Source: Adineta vaga
Lineage: Eukaryota > Animalia > Rotifera
Reading direction: 5' to 3'
Assembly: GCA_021613535.1 (NCBI GenBank)
Contig: CP075496.1
Coordinates: 5,022,001 to 5,086,000, forward strand
Length of the DNA stretch: 64,000 nucleotides
The position numbers and the translations under genes were made by a program. Shown piece after piece: positions 27,174 to 39,900 of the stretch. Under the pieces are notes generated by a model. That model saw nothing but the letters and a program-made list of their open reading frames with translations, had not been told where the DNA came from and did no database searches. How positions within the stretch are numbered: position 1 is the stretch's first letter; each line of letters starts with the position of its first letter.

Positions 27174-28418
27174 ATGGCCGAAAATAAATGTAAATCATTA
27201 GATAATTTATTACCTACAGCCACAAATCATCTCTTCCAAACAAAATTTCCCATGCATTTTGAAACGTATCGTAATGAACTTCATCGTGAGTCTCTGTCTA
27301 TGCAATATCTTCATATCAAAAGTAAATTTTTTCCAATTTGAAGGCGAATTAGCCATGCATTGGCCATTTCGAGTTGATATACCTAATTCTACAAATCTAG
27401 CACCTACAATTTCGAAATCGACTGCACAATCAAGTCTTCGTGATGGTACTAAATCAAATATGACACCGAGCGAAAAAGATTCGATAAATCGAACTATATC
27501 ATATTCTCGATCGACGAACTTAGTATCCACAAATTTGAATGGTAAACAAGTCGAAATGAAAAATCCTACTAAATCAATGACAAGTGAAGAATCTGTTGAT
27601 GGACGTGATCAACATGATGAATGGAACTTCAAAGCACAGCAAGGAGTAATTACTTATCAGTTACCTGATAATCTACCTGATGGAATTGCTTTACATAATA
27701 AATTACAAAAATTAATGAAAACAAATACGATCTATTTAAATGATCGACGATTTTGGTCGATTTTAGAGAATCGATTCAAAATTTTAAGAAAAGTATTTTC
27801 CATACACTCCATTGATAATTCCTAATCATTGTGTGAGGTTTTCAGCAAAATTTTCAAGAGAGTATGCAACGTTTACGTCAATCACAACAAGATTATGAAC
27901 AAGAACTGATTTCTAAAGGTATAATGCCATCAACAACCGAACAAGCAATTCAACAATATGCTGAACAACAACGACATGTGCAAATAACAACAAATAAAAT
28001 TAATATTGAACCTACTCATCAAGTAAGATAAGGATTATGTTCATTATTTGAAGAGATTTCTTCTCAGAAAAAATGTTCGATTGATTATCATCGACCAAGT
28101 AAATCATTTGGAGAACTTGAAGCTTTCGAAAGTGATAATGTTCATCCACGTTTTCATGAAATCTTTACCGATTATCAATTTCAAACGAAATCAGGAAAAG
28201 CATTAGGAGAAAGATATGAAAATAATTTGCATAAATCTCAAATTCGCGTGAAAACAATTTTGCCCAAACTCAATCAACGAGATTTTATTCGACAAGATTT
28301 AGACGCTATAAAGGTATATCAAATAGTCAACAAAGAATCGTTCTTTTTCTTTTTAATTTAGACCAGTGAAGGTCTTTATACTTATTCCAATCATCTGACT
28401 AAACAACTATCGAAATAA
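27174..28418 (+). CDS. Hypothetical protein, about 5 exons
   Basis: MAENKCKSLDN...FETYRNELH|RELAMHWPFRVDIP...RFWSILENRFKILRK|...ELEAFESDNVHPRFHEIFTDYQF...KQLSK*. Consistent GT-AG junctions; family not recognised. Confidence 0.65.
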
Positions 28419-29976
28419 ATGAAACTAGAACAAATTCTAAACTTCTTCATATATAGTTTTATTGAAAAAGAAATCTCTGTCAAGAAAGCACAACCGTATA
28501 TGGTTGTTGACATATGTTATACAGTATAAAAATATAAAGGAAATACATTTACGGGAACGTTTTTTTTTCTTTTCCTAATATTTCCTTCTACCGTAGTACG
28601 AAAGCCTTAGGCAGTTTAGCATAATAGTTCTATGTTGATAGAATACATATAGAATTGATAAGATCGTTAAAACTACTTAATAAGACAGAACAATTCATTC
28701 TATAGAAATATCCAGCAATGTTCGATTACGATCAAATATCACATTATTCCTAAGCTTGTCGATCTTTCATAATTGCAATCGATACAATTAAGAACAAAAG
28801 AAATCAAAGAACATGTTTGATAGAAGATTTCATTAATTGATTGTAAATCTGTATGACAAAGTTCATGTTCTCTCATTTTGTCTTTCATACACGTGTACAA
28901 ACTGATATATAGGTAGATCAATATATTGATCTTTCTAATGAACAGAAAAAAGCAACAAATCAAAATATCACATCTTTCACACATCAAAGTGGACAATAGT
29001 ATATCTAATCAAGGTAAGCATGTGCGTGTTAACTTTTCAACAATAACATGCAATTGTTTTACTATGTTGTCTCTTCTTTCGAACATCGCACATATTGAGT
29101 ATGTCACACACACATGTGGTCATGTCAGTCAAGTGGCATCGAAGACAAAAAGAGAAGTGAGCCGCAGTAGTAGCGGCATAGCAATGATTGTTGTTCATGT
29201 CTTCAATCAAACACCTCATCAAATGATGAGTGATACAGTAGCTTTATTGTTATCAAAAGTGGAACGACGTTCAAATATTGTTTAAGTGAACAACGCATGT
29301 CAAACAACATCTTCATCTCTCTCTCTCTTGTTAGCCTCTTATATAGACAAGTGGTTCAATATCGTTTACTATTCTTTATCATTCAAATAAAATATCTATC
29401 TTTGAAAATTAGTCGACAGATGTACAAAAGAATATCACCTTGTTGATTATTGTTTCTTTGAGTTTCTTTCTCTTTTTACAATACATTTGTCATGTATTTT
29501 GGATTTGCTACGCTTGTCTTGATTTGAAAGAACAACGACTCAATTTGCATTTTCAAGCTATAGAAATGATCTATCATGTATTTCTGTATAACAAAGGACG
29601 CGTGCTGGTGGGATGTCATTAGTGATGCGGATGTATTTCACACTCGGTCTATGCATTCATTGTGAGTGTGTGTGTTTTTTGCTCGTCTAGTTCATTAGAC
29701 AACTTTTACTTTTAATCAAAAGCTGCCACTCTTGCACATTGCTTCTATAGAAGAGAGGAAGAAATAAGCCTTCTCGCATATTTCTCGCTCTCTTTTGTCA
29801 GAAGAAGAAAAAAAGGAAACGATAGAATGACATTTGTGCAAGACTAGAATAAATGATGATAAAATCCGTTTTTCTCCTCCTCTCTCTCTCTTTATCCAAT
29901 AAAATATTCTCGATGGCAAAATGAAAGACAGAGAGAAATCAATAGTGCATGACAAGATCTCATTTGAACATTCTTT

Positions 29977-30013
29977 AGAGAGAGAGAGAGAGGGAAAGCG
30001 AGAGCGAGAGAGA
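29977..30013. repeat. (GA)n microsatellite in the prospero upstream region
   Basis: gagagagagagagagggaaagcgagagcgagagaga; further CT/GA tracts nearby. Confidence 0.7.
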
Positions 30014-31693
30014 AAGGAAAAGAAATGAAATTATGTTGACATGTGTTTGATCACTTGAACGCATTCTCGCACTAAAGGTAAAGAACAAGAGAGTAATATA
30101 CCTAGAGATCAATATCGAAGATTATTTTCTTTGAGATAAAACATAACTCGTTGGCATCTGCTCACACGAAAGGAGAGTATTAACTTTTATTCCCTCCTTT
30201 TCCCTCTCTCCTTCCTTATTGACGAATGATTTCATCACCGTTGAGACGCACATGCGTACATTTAATATAATCAAATAAGTATTGATACGATAGAATATAT
30301 CAAATTGTCTGTAAATGACAACGACACAAGGGCGGAGTAACAACAGGAACTCGCACCAACTTGAATAGATACATATATGGATATTTTTGAAGAAAAAAAA
30401 GTGTGACACAGCTGAACAAGACGATTATTATATTCGGATTATTCTCATTTGTTTTCACTACGTGAAGAGAAAACAATAATTAATCGATGCTCATTATTCA
30501 CGCTTGATTTCATCTATCCATAAAGATAGAAATAGCGTACAAAAAGAGAGTTTTTTTCCTTTGTTTCCAAGCTATTTCTTTATTAATGATTTAATCAAAT
30601 CCTTTTCATTAGGAAAAAACCCATCTGGGTTGGTTACTTTCCTCAAGGCGAATACATTTTTTTGCTCCTGTAATTGACTCAAGACAACTCATTTCAGGAC
30701 ACAAAAGAAAGAGAGAAAATGAGAAAAAAAACTTTCTCGTTTCCTTTATTATTATTATTGCTAAGCTAAAGGAAACGAAGTTGTCACAAAACACAACAAA
30801 AGATAAATGTTGGAGAGATTTACTCACTTGCCATATCTTCTCACCTAGTTGGCGATGTTCAAATATGTCTATCATCTATTTTTATACGTCTTTTTTTATC
30901 GAGCATATCAATGACATTCAAAATAGAGCTTCTGTTGTTTAAATATGTCAAATGGCGTCATATTCGAGTTTTTTTTTGTTGATTTCAAACACATACGCAT
31001 TCGTCAATATCATTAACTATAAATTCTTATCTGAACGAAGAAAAGATGTTAGAAAAACATCATAACAATTGTCTAGCCTTGAGGCCATACCATTTATTTC
31101 GATCATCATTTCTCCATCGATATCTCCTAAGCATGCGCAGATGCTTCGATTAAATAAAAAACGTCAGCAGGTGATGCACGTTTGCACACTGATTTCTCAT
31201 TCGTCTTAAACGTCAAACATTTTCTTTCTTTGTTCATCGTTCTCCCGTTTCCTATTAGTTGTAATGTTCTTTTACTCTTGACAAAAGACATTGGTGGAAA
31301 TATCTTTTCTCTCTCTTTCTTTTTCTCTTAAGATTAGCAGATAGAATGCCCTACGAATGGTTGATTTTCTTTTTCTATTTCTTTCCGAATCTGATCCTAC
31401 GCACATATTCAACATAGGCAAAAAAAGAAGAAGAAGAAGAAGAAACAGACGAATCATTAGAACGAGCAAAGAATAAATTTACTGCTAAATGGTGAGTGTC
31501 TCGGAAGAGATGTGTGAATGTCAAAAACACTGAGAAACGGCACGTAGAGATGTTACTTTTAACTTAAGCAAAGTTCACTAAGATAAGAGACCGTCGAAAT
31601 TGACTTTTCTTTATTTATCTAACGAACAATAAAAAACTCATTCTTCTTTACCTCTTTTTTTTATTATATTATGATGATTAATCAGTTCACTCA

Positions 31694-33627
31694 ATGAAAA
31701 ACATGAATCCATCAACAAATTTTTCATCTTATCTACTTCCATCAGTTTTTAATCCACGATATCATCAACATTTAAATCATCTAAATGATATGGCTTTTAC
31801 ACATACAAAGATGTTACAAGAAATTATTGAAAAACGTTCTGTCGAATCATCATCACCACCACCGCCATCATCATCTTCATCAAATTCACCTATGGCTGCA
31901 ACATCGAATGATTCAATTCAACAACAAAAAACTTCACATTCATATTTTGATGACAATCAACATGAAGAACAACGACAAGGAAAAGAATTTTTAGTTAAAC
32001 GATCTAAAATAAATGATGACGATGACGAAGATGATGATAATCATCTTAGTAAGCGTTCAAGAAAACAATCGAAACCACAGCAATTAGTGACAGAAAAAAG
32101 TCAAAGTGATGATGATGATGAACAATTATCATCGGAAGAAGAAATCGGCGAAGTCAATAGTGATCAAGAAAAACAAGTATTTCCTATTGATTTGTTGTGT
32201 CTTTCGAATATGTCTTTTCTCTTTCGTTTAGAATACATTTTCAAATCATCAATCACCAATCATTCCATTTTCGCCACAAAATGTACCATTTCTAAGTTAT
32301 ATTCAAGATTTAGCACGAACAAATAATATAACATCGCCGACAGCTATGACTCAATTTCTTGAAAATCTACAAAAAGAACTCTTCTCTGCTGTACATAATG
32401 CAACTATTGATACGAAACGAATTCCACCACCACCACCACCAATTCCAGTATCATCCTTACCTCCGATGTTTTCTCAAACAGTTCACCATCATCATCATCC
32501 GTATTTTTCGCAAATTCTTTTCAATAATTCCTTTATTAATCATTATCCACCTCCGCCTCCTCCTCCACCACCGTCTTTGATGCGATTCGGTAACCCATCT
32601 ACCGATCGGCCATTTCCTTTTCATTTAGCAACACCAAAAAAACGTCGTACTAAAGTAATTATTATACTTATTTTTCTTTTCCATTCTCGTTCTCATCTTT
32701 TAAGGTTACTGATACACGTCTATCGCCACGTATAGGATCAAAAATTATTCCTCTAGATGATTTAATCGACGATGATAAAAGTTCATCCAATCATTCCTAT
32801 GAATCTGCAACATCAAATCATCGACGACAAGCTTCAACAATTGAATTCAATACCTATCAAATAAGTATTCTTTAAATGACCTTTTCTAGTAAGAATAAAT
32901 CGAGTGTAAATATCAATGAGACTAACTATCTTCTATCGAGTGAGTAATACGAACCTATGTCCAATCGAAAAACATGTCTCATTAACTTAATAACTAAACA
33001 TCTGCATTTTCTTTTCGATTTTTCTAAGCGACAATATTAACATCACTTCATTTACGTAAAGCAAAATTAATGTTTTTCTATACACGATATCCAAGTTCAT
33101 CCGTTTTAAAAGTTTATTTTGCCGACGTTCGTTTTAATAAACTCATCACAGCACAATTAGTCAAATGGTTTTCAAATTTTCGGTAAGAAACTGTCTTATC
33201 TTTTTGTTTTGTTTGTCTAAAATTAGTTTTGATTATCTTTTCAGAGAATTTTTTTATATTCAAATTGAAAAATATGCACGACAATATTTAGCTGAAGGTG
33301 TACGAAAAGTTGAAGATTTAATAATCACAACTGATTCAGACTTATATCGTGTACTTAATCTTCATTATAATCGTTCGAATCAAATCGATGTATGTATATA
33401 AATTTGATCGAAGAGAAAAAGAAAACTAAGTCATTTTTTTCTTTGATTAGGTTCCAACAAGTTTTTGTGATGTTGTACAATCAACATTGAGAGAATTTTT
33501 TCTTGCAATTCAACAACAAAAAGATTTGGAACCATCATGGAAGAAAAGTATCTATAAAATTATTCAACGTTTAGATGATCAAATACCCGATTTTTTTAAA
33601 GATCAACATTGGGTTCATTCGATTTGA
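31694..33627 (+). CDS. pros: Prospero/PROX homeodomain transcription factor
   Basis: PKKRRTK|VTDTRLSPR; [28 protein letters not shown]...[12 protein letters not shown]|[13 protein letters not shown]; [13 protein letters not shown]; TLREFF...[24 protein letters not shown]. This is a homeo-prospero domain. Confidence 0.97.
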
Positions 33628-35186
33628 ACAGTAGTTTTTTTTCATGTATTATCGCATTGTCTTCTTTTTCTTTTGTTCTTCAATTATTTGTGTTCAAAAA
33701 ATAAATCTATCTATATATCTAGAGAATATTTACTTTTCGTTCTTCTATTTCTGATGATATCGAATTATGGATAGACGTGTTTGTAAATTTCGGCACGTGG
33801 ATAAAAGTCAGTTACTTGATATGGAAGAAAATGAGATGAAACGGATTGAGAAAGAAACAACGGAAAAAAAGTATCGCTTTGATCTTTTGTGGAAGAAAGA
33901 AGAAAAGAAAGAGAACGGAAAGGATCATCGATTATTAAGAAAATGTAATTTTGAAGATGTGTTTTCTGTTTTATTCATTTATATTAAATTTCGTCAAAAA
34001 GACAAGCGAGACAATAGATCGTAAGATCATAGGAATATAATCATTGACATTTACAATTAAATGATCGATGATACCGAAGCTTAACAGCTATAACTATAGA
34101 TATAGTGAAGTATTCTTTGCTGATGATAAGCACTTAATTGAAAGGAAAATTGTATGTAAACTTTTAATATTCTATTAAGGCCAGATAATAAATCGAGATA
34201 TGTAGAGCAAGAGATGATAATTGCATCGTTTTCTAATTCTTCATAATTGACAAAGTGTATTCATTCGGTAAGGAAGTAAATATATAAATTCCAGCTAACA
34301 TTTCAAATGCAGTTTACGAATACAAATTTCTATCTACGGTCTGATAGTATTAAACCATAGGTGATATCCAAAGATGTTTCGTTGTGCTTCAAATAACAAT
34401 TATGAAATTGACATTATGAATTCTTAATCGAACTATTGTTTAATATGATATTCAACTGAGTCTGCCTCTCCATATGCTAAGCATTATTTTTTTTATATTA
34501 TAATGCGCTATATATTTTAATGATAAACAAAGCTATGGGAGATGAAGTTTTTGTAAAACTATTCTTGAAAAAAGTCTACGTAAATAACAATGGGATATTT
34601 TAACTCTCATTTGGTTCATTTTCTCATAACAGTAGATGAAATATGACAGGAGAGAAAGCATGATTTCTCTCTTTGCACTCTTCTGCAAGGATATTTAGAT
34701 AACACATATTATTTTGATAGTTTGTATATCAATCGTATGATTCAATATTTCAAGTAAGTTTATTCAATAATAATAAACAAAAAATATCTATTAAAATTTC
34801 TATTCAGAAAATTAACGCGAAGACAGTGTTTTGCTTGTTTTCTCGTACTGCTTATTGTTTTCACAATAACTATTGTAGTAGTTGTCATCAAACTCAGACT
34901 TCGATCAAACAATGGTAAAGTCAAAATAAAAAGACATAACACTACTTTCTTTTGTATAATTGAGTCATACTCTATTATATAGCACCGCATTACATCATAC
35001 TTGAGAACGGATTTGAAAAAGTGTTTTTTTTAGAAATAACGCAAAATTTAAATCTTCTTAAATGGGTTTCTAAACATGAACTAACTTAGGATAAACTTTT
35101 CTATCATGCGGTGCACTCTTCGAAAAATATCTTTCACACGAACACACAATATTAGAGCATGTTTTTTAATTGTTCTATATTTTTAG

Positions 35187-36406
35187 ACATTATCAGTACT
35201 ACTACTAATACTGCTATTACTACTATAAGCAGCAATATCAAATATACAACTTTAAGTGGTAAGTATGACATTCTATGCTTTTTAGTATTCCTCAGAAAGT
35301 ACTGTAAGATAAATTTTGATAAATAATGTTTTATGATATTTATAGGCTATGAAACAGAAACAACACATGAAACTTCATCGTATTATTGGACAGAAGAAGC
35401 ATTACTAAGACGAGGAAGATCTTCGTTTTGTGCTGCACGTCTTGCAAACGGAAAGATTCTTGTTGCTGGTGGAAGGATCAATTCATCTGTTGTTTCATCG
35501 TCAGGAGAATTATATACATCGTATGAGGGATGGCTCGCAACACCGCTGATGAAAAACTTTCGATATTCCTATACTTTAACTGCTTTTGCGAATAGTACCA
35601 AACTATTAGCAGCTGGCTCGGCATATTCATCTGCTCTGCGAACAGCTGAAGTTTACGATAGTGCAACTAATTCATGGACATCAACAGCATCAAATATGTC
35701 ATACGGACGATATTCACATTCTGCTACACGTCTAAAAAATGATGAAATCATGATAATCGGAGGAAAATCCAGTGCAACCATCATTTACTCTACAGTTGAA
35801 ATCTATACACCATCATCAAATTCATTCACTGATATCAACAGTATGAATATGCCGCGCCATATATTTACAAGTACTTTACTCAATGATGGATCAACAGTAC
35901 TTGTTACAGGTGGTAATTACAGCAATAATGCAACAACATCAACAGCAGAATTGTACATTTCTGGTTCATGGGTATTTACGAACAATAACATGGCTCATCC
36001 TCGTGTATTTCATTCTGCTGTTCTTCTTAATGATGGAAATGTATTGATTGCTGGTGGTGGAAATGGAATCTCATTGTCATATTCAACGGCTGAAATCTTC
36101 AGTCCAACTACACGTACTTTTGCACCTGTTGTATCGATGAAATATAATCGAGCATTATTTACTCTTACATTATTACCATCAGGTAAGGTATTAGCAACTG
36201 GTGGTGTAGACTTGGCAACAAATACATATCCATTAGTGTGTGAATTGTATGATCCAGTGACTCACTCATGGTCGGATACATTGATGTTGAATGAAGGACG
36301 AACTTATCATGAAACGATTCTACTAAATGATACATCAGTGTTGACAATCAGTGGTTACAATGGTGAAAGCACCAGAATGCGCAGTTGTGAAAGATATAAA
36401 TTATGA
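35187..36406 (+). CDS. Kelch/galactose-oxidase-type beta-propeller protein, bacterial-like repeats; 5' end unresolved
   Basis: About six repeats of R..(H/F)...L.(N/D)G.VL(V/I).GG....AE.Y.P....W in one uninterrupted exon (35346-36406). An upstream Thr-rich exon 35187-35258 joins in phase (AGT G|GC TAT). Confidence 0.8.
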
Positions 36407-36905
36407 AAAAACTACTATATGAACTATTATTGAGGGTTTTATTCTCTTATTCAATAATCTTATGCTTTATTTTCATGTTTGCTTTGCTTCTACTTTCTCA
36501 ATCATACTGCTTATAGTGAAATATATTTAAGTTCAATATATTGAAGATAAATGTTTTATTCGAAGCAATTTTTAGAAATTTATTTATTAAATATAGATAT
36601 AAGCATATATCACCAACAATACAACGGTAAGAGAAGAAAAATCAACTCATTAGCCAAGCATATAAGCGGAATGTTAATTTTGAAAAAAAAAGAAGAGAAA
36701 AAACTAAAATTTCATTCGTCAATATCATTCATTGTTATCTAAAAGCAGACTGTTCAAAAGTGCACCTGACATGCAAAGAGAAAAGAATTACAGAAAAAGA
36801 GAAAATCACCATTATCTGATATTCGATGTAAACAGATCAGAAATAAGACATTCAAAACTCGAGATAGTGAAAGAGAAAGAGAGAAGAAGAGACAGATCAA
36901 AGTCT

Positions 36906-39900
36906 TTATTCGTTATTTGGTAGTAATAGTGAAACATTTTTATTCGAACCTTTACGAAATTCCACCTTATCAACACCACCTAGAATAATATTAATTACAT
37001 GTTTATGTTTATCGATTTGTGCTGAAACATATCGTTGAACATCAACTGTAAAGTTTGCTCTAGAAAAACAAAACTAAAATATACTAGAGATCAAACAACA
37101 ACAACATACGATTTGCGTTTGATTTTAGCAAGATGACCAACAAATTCACCGACACGATCCGTTTTTGTATGCATATAAAAGACTAGATCATTATTGGATA
37201 TTAAATGAACAACAATCAACTGTTCTTTGCCTGATGTAATACTTAAACCGACAATATCATTAACTGAAATACCAGTTTTCTTAATATGAAAACTCTTTTT
37301 TGGATCCAATTTATAGAGATATTTATCCGTGAGAACAATAGCACGTTCATCCATTTTAATATGACTATTCAACTAAAGAAATATTTAACATTTAATCATC
37401 GATTTCAATAACATTCATTGGTAAGAAACTATACTTTTATTGCCAATGTTGAGAACAAGACATGATTGAAAGCATCTTTACCACGAAGTTCACTGATTGA
37501 TTTTCGATATTCAAGAGAATGTGCATTTTCTTCTGGCTAAATAAATGTGTATAGATATTATCAACATAATCTTGTTTAATACTCTAAATCGAAGACGAAC
37601 TTACGAGATGTAGATAATCTCCTTTCCATTCTTGTCGTATACTTGATTCAAGAAATGATGGTCGTTGTTGAAGATAATCTCCTGCAAGTAATTTTAATTC
37701 AAATATTGCTCGTTGGTCAGCTGGTATTCGTTGTATAATTTTATATGCACGCCATCTTAGAAAAAAGAAAAGTTCAATAAATAATTATAACTAAAAATTA
37801 ATCTCTATGCTTTTATTTACCGTTGATACATTTGTTTGAGAAGATTATTCATCGGAATAAAACCTGGTTTTGGCGCAGGCCATCGAATATTTTTACCAAG
37901 ATCATGAGTATTTGCAACATTTCTGAAAAAAATATAAATTAAAACATTAACAAAAAAGATTTGATTATCTACTGGAATAGTTCGTTGAGTTTAGTGATAT
38001 AACTTCGTGCACGATATTTTCGATATGCATTTTGTATTTTAATTGCTGATATTTCACGACGAAATAAACGACATTGATGCCATGAACGCGTATACTATAA
38101 AACAAAATCATCATTTCTATTTCATATTTATTCATTTTCATCAAATTACTTTTTGAAGAATAGTAACAATAAATTGCAAACCTTCAGTTCGTTTTTTTTC
38201 CAATTGAAATAATGATATTCTATCAAAAACAAAACAATATAGAATAGAAAATTCCTATCTCTTTTTCAAAACATACGGTTGTTTGATAAATAGTTTTGTT
38301 GTACCATACGCAACATCATTATTTAGATTAAGTTCTTGACAAATATATGCAGCATTTTCTTTCGTAGGTGCTCCACGAGGATATAATCTCGATCGAACAG
38401 CATCGATAATTTTATATCTAAAATATGATAAATTATTTTAAAAATTTTTCAACGATTTTATAATTCTACCTTTGAACAAATCGATCGTATGGTGCTCGAT
38501 GACAAAAACCTAAATTACATTTTATATTTATAATATTAACATAAAAATAAGATCTATTTACCTGCTCGACGTACACGAACATTCTCTAATAAACCAAGAT
38601 AAGCAATTTGATGTTCTACTCGTCTTTGATCAAATAAATTTGCAGATTTCTCATCATTTGGTTTGATACAACGTACATAAAATGGTTGCTAAACATACAT
38701 AGATCAATGAATGTAAATATATTGAAGAAATATTACTTTCGATGAAAGAAGAGTCGATAGACTAATCATTGAATTTCGAAAAATAGTTCCTGCCGTTAAT
38801 GGTCGTCGTGTAACTGACGTAATGCTTTTTTCACCTTCAGGCCACATGGATGAAATAATCGAATTATGACTATGATATAACAAACGCTTGAAATCATCGA
38901 ATAAAGTATCACGATTTTTATCGAGAAAACCATCGACAGAATAAATAACATCACCTACACAAAAATCATAGATCGTTTTCTCAAAGATCAAATCATAAGT
39001 TGAAAATTACCTGCATAATGTCGAATAAGAAATAATTTATTATTATTGATATTTTTCCATGTTTTATCTCCAGGTGCAAGCTAAGAAATCAAATAGTTAA
39101 GATAAAATTAGAAAAAATAAGTATTCTTACTGCCCAACTCGAATAATGTTTATGATTTTTCAATGCTTTATTGATTGAATCGAGAAACATTTCATCAGTT
39201 ATTGTTCCTACAGTTTGACAAGCTTCATCCAGATGTGCTAAAATGCCTGTTCGTGATTGTTCAATTAGATCACAAATGATTTTATTATTGAAATAATCAA
39301 CCTAATTACATTAAAACTATATCAATTCATATGAAAGAAATAATAAGATAACATACATGTTGCCAAGTAATATTTTCTCGTTCATATTCTTCTTGTTCTT
39401 GTTTAAGAACAAGTTCAATAAATAATTGTTGTAATTTTTCATTACAATAATTAATACACATTTGTTCAAAGCTAAATATTCAAATCGAAAAAAAGAAAAT
39501 GATACTTTCTTTCGAAAGAATGAAATTATACCTATTATTTTCAAAGATTTCAAAACCATATATATCCAAAACACCAATTACAAGTGAACTTTGAATAGTA
39601 TGATGTGCTGAATCATTTGCTTCTTTTGATAGAGTTTTATTGATATATTTAATTAACCATTCGAATAAACGTTCGTACAAAGCCTAAATAATCACGAAAA
39701 ACAAACAAATATAAGTATTGTACATATTTGACTAAAATTTAAAATCATGCAAAAAAAAACAGAACACTTGACATGAATAAGTAAATACGTCAAAACAGAG
39801 CATGCGTATATTTCTTGTTTTCGTCTAGAATTTCTTACCAAAATAGTAGAAAAATTGCCTATTGTTTAAGATAGAAAACGGACTTGTTCTCCGATAGAAA

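Noticed and set aside
28739-31469. Several 60-120 aa ORFs in the track upstream of prospero
   Set aside because: Phe/Ile/Cys-rich low-complexity translations without splice structure; consistent with chance ORFs in AT-rich DNA.
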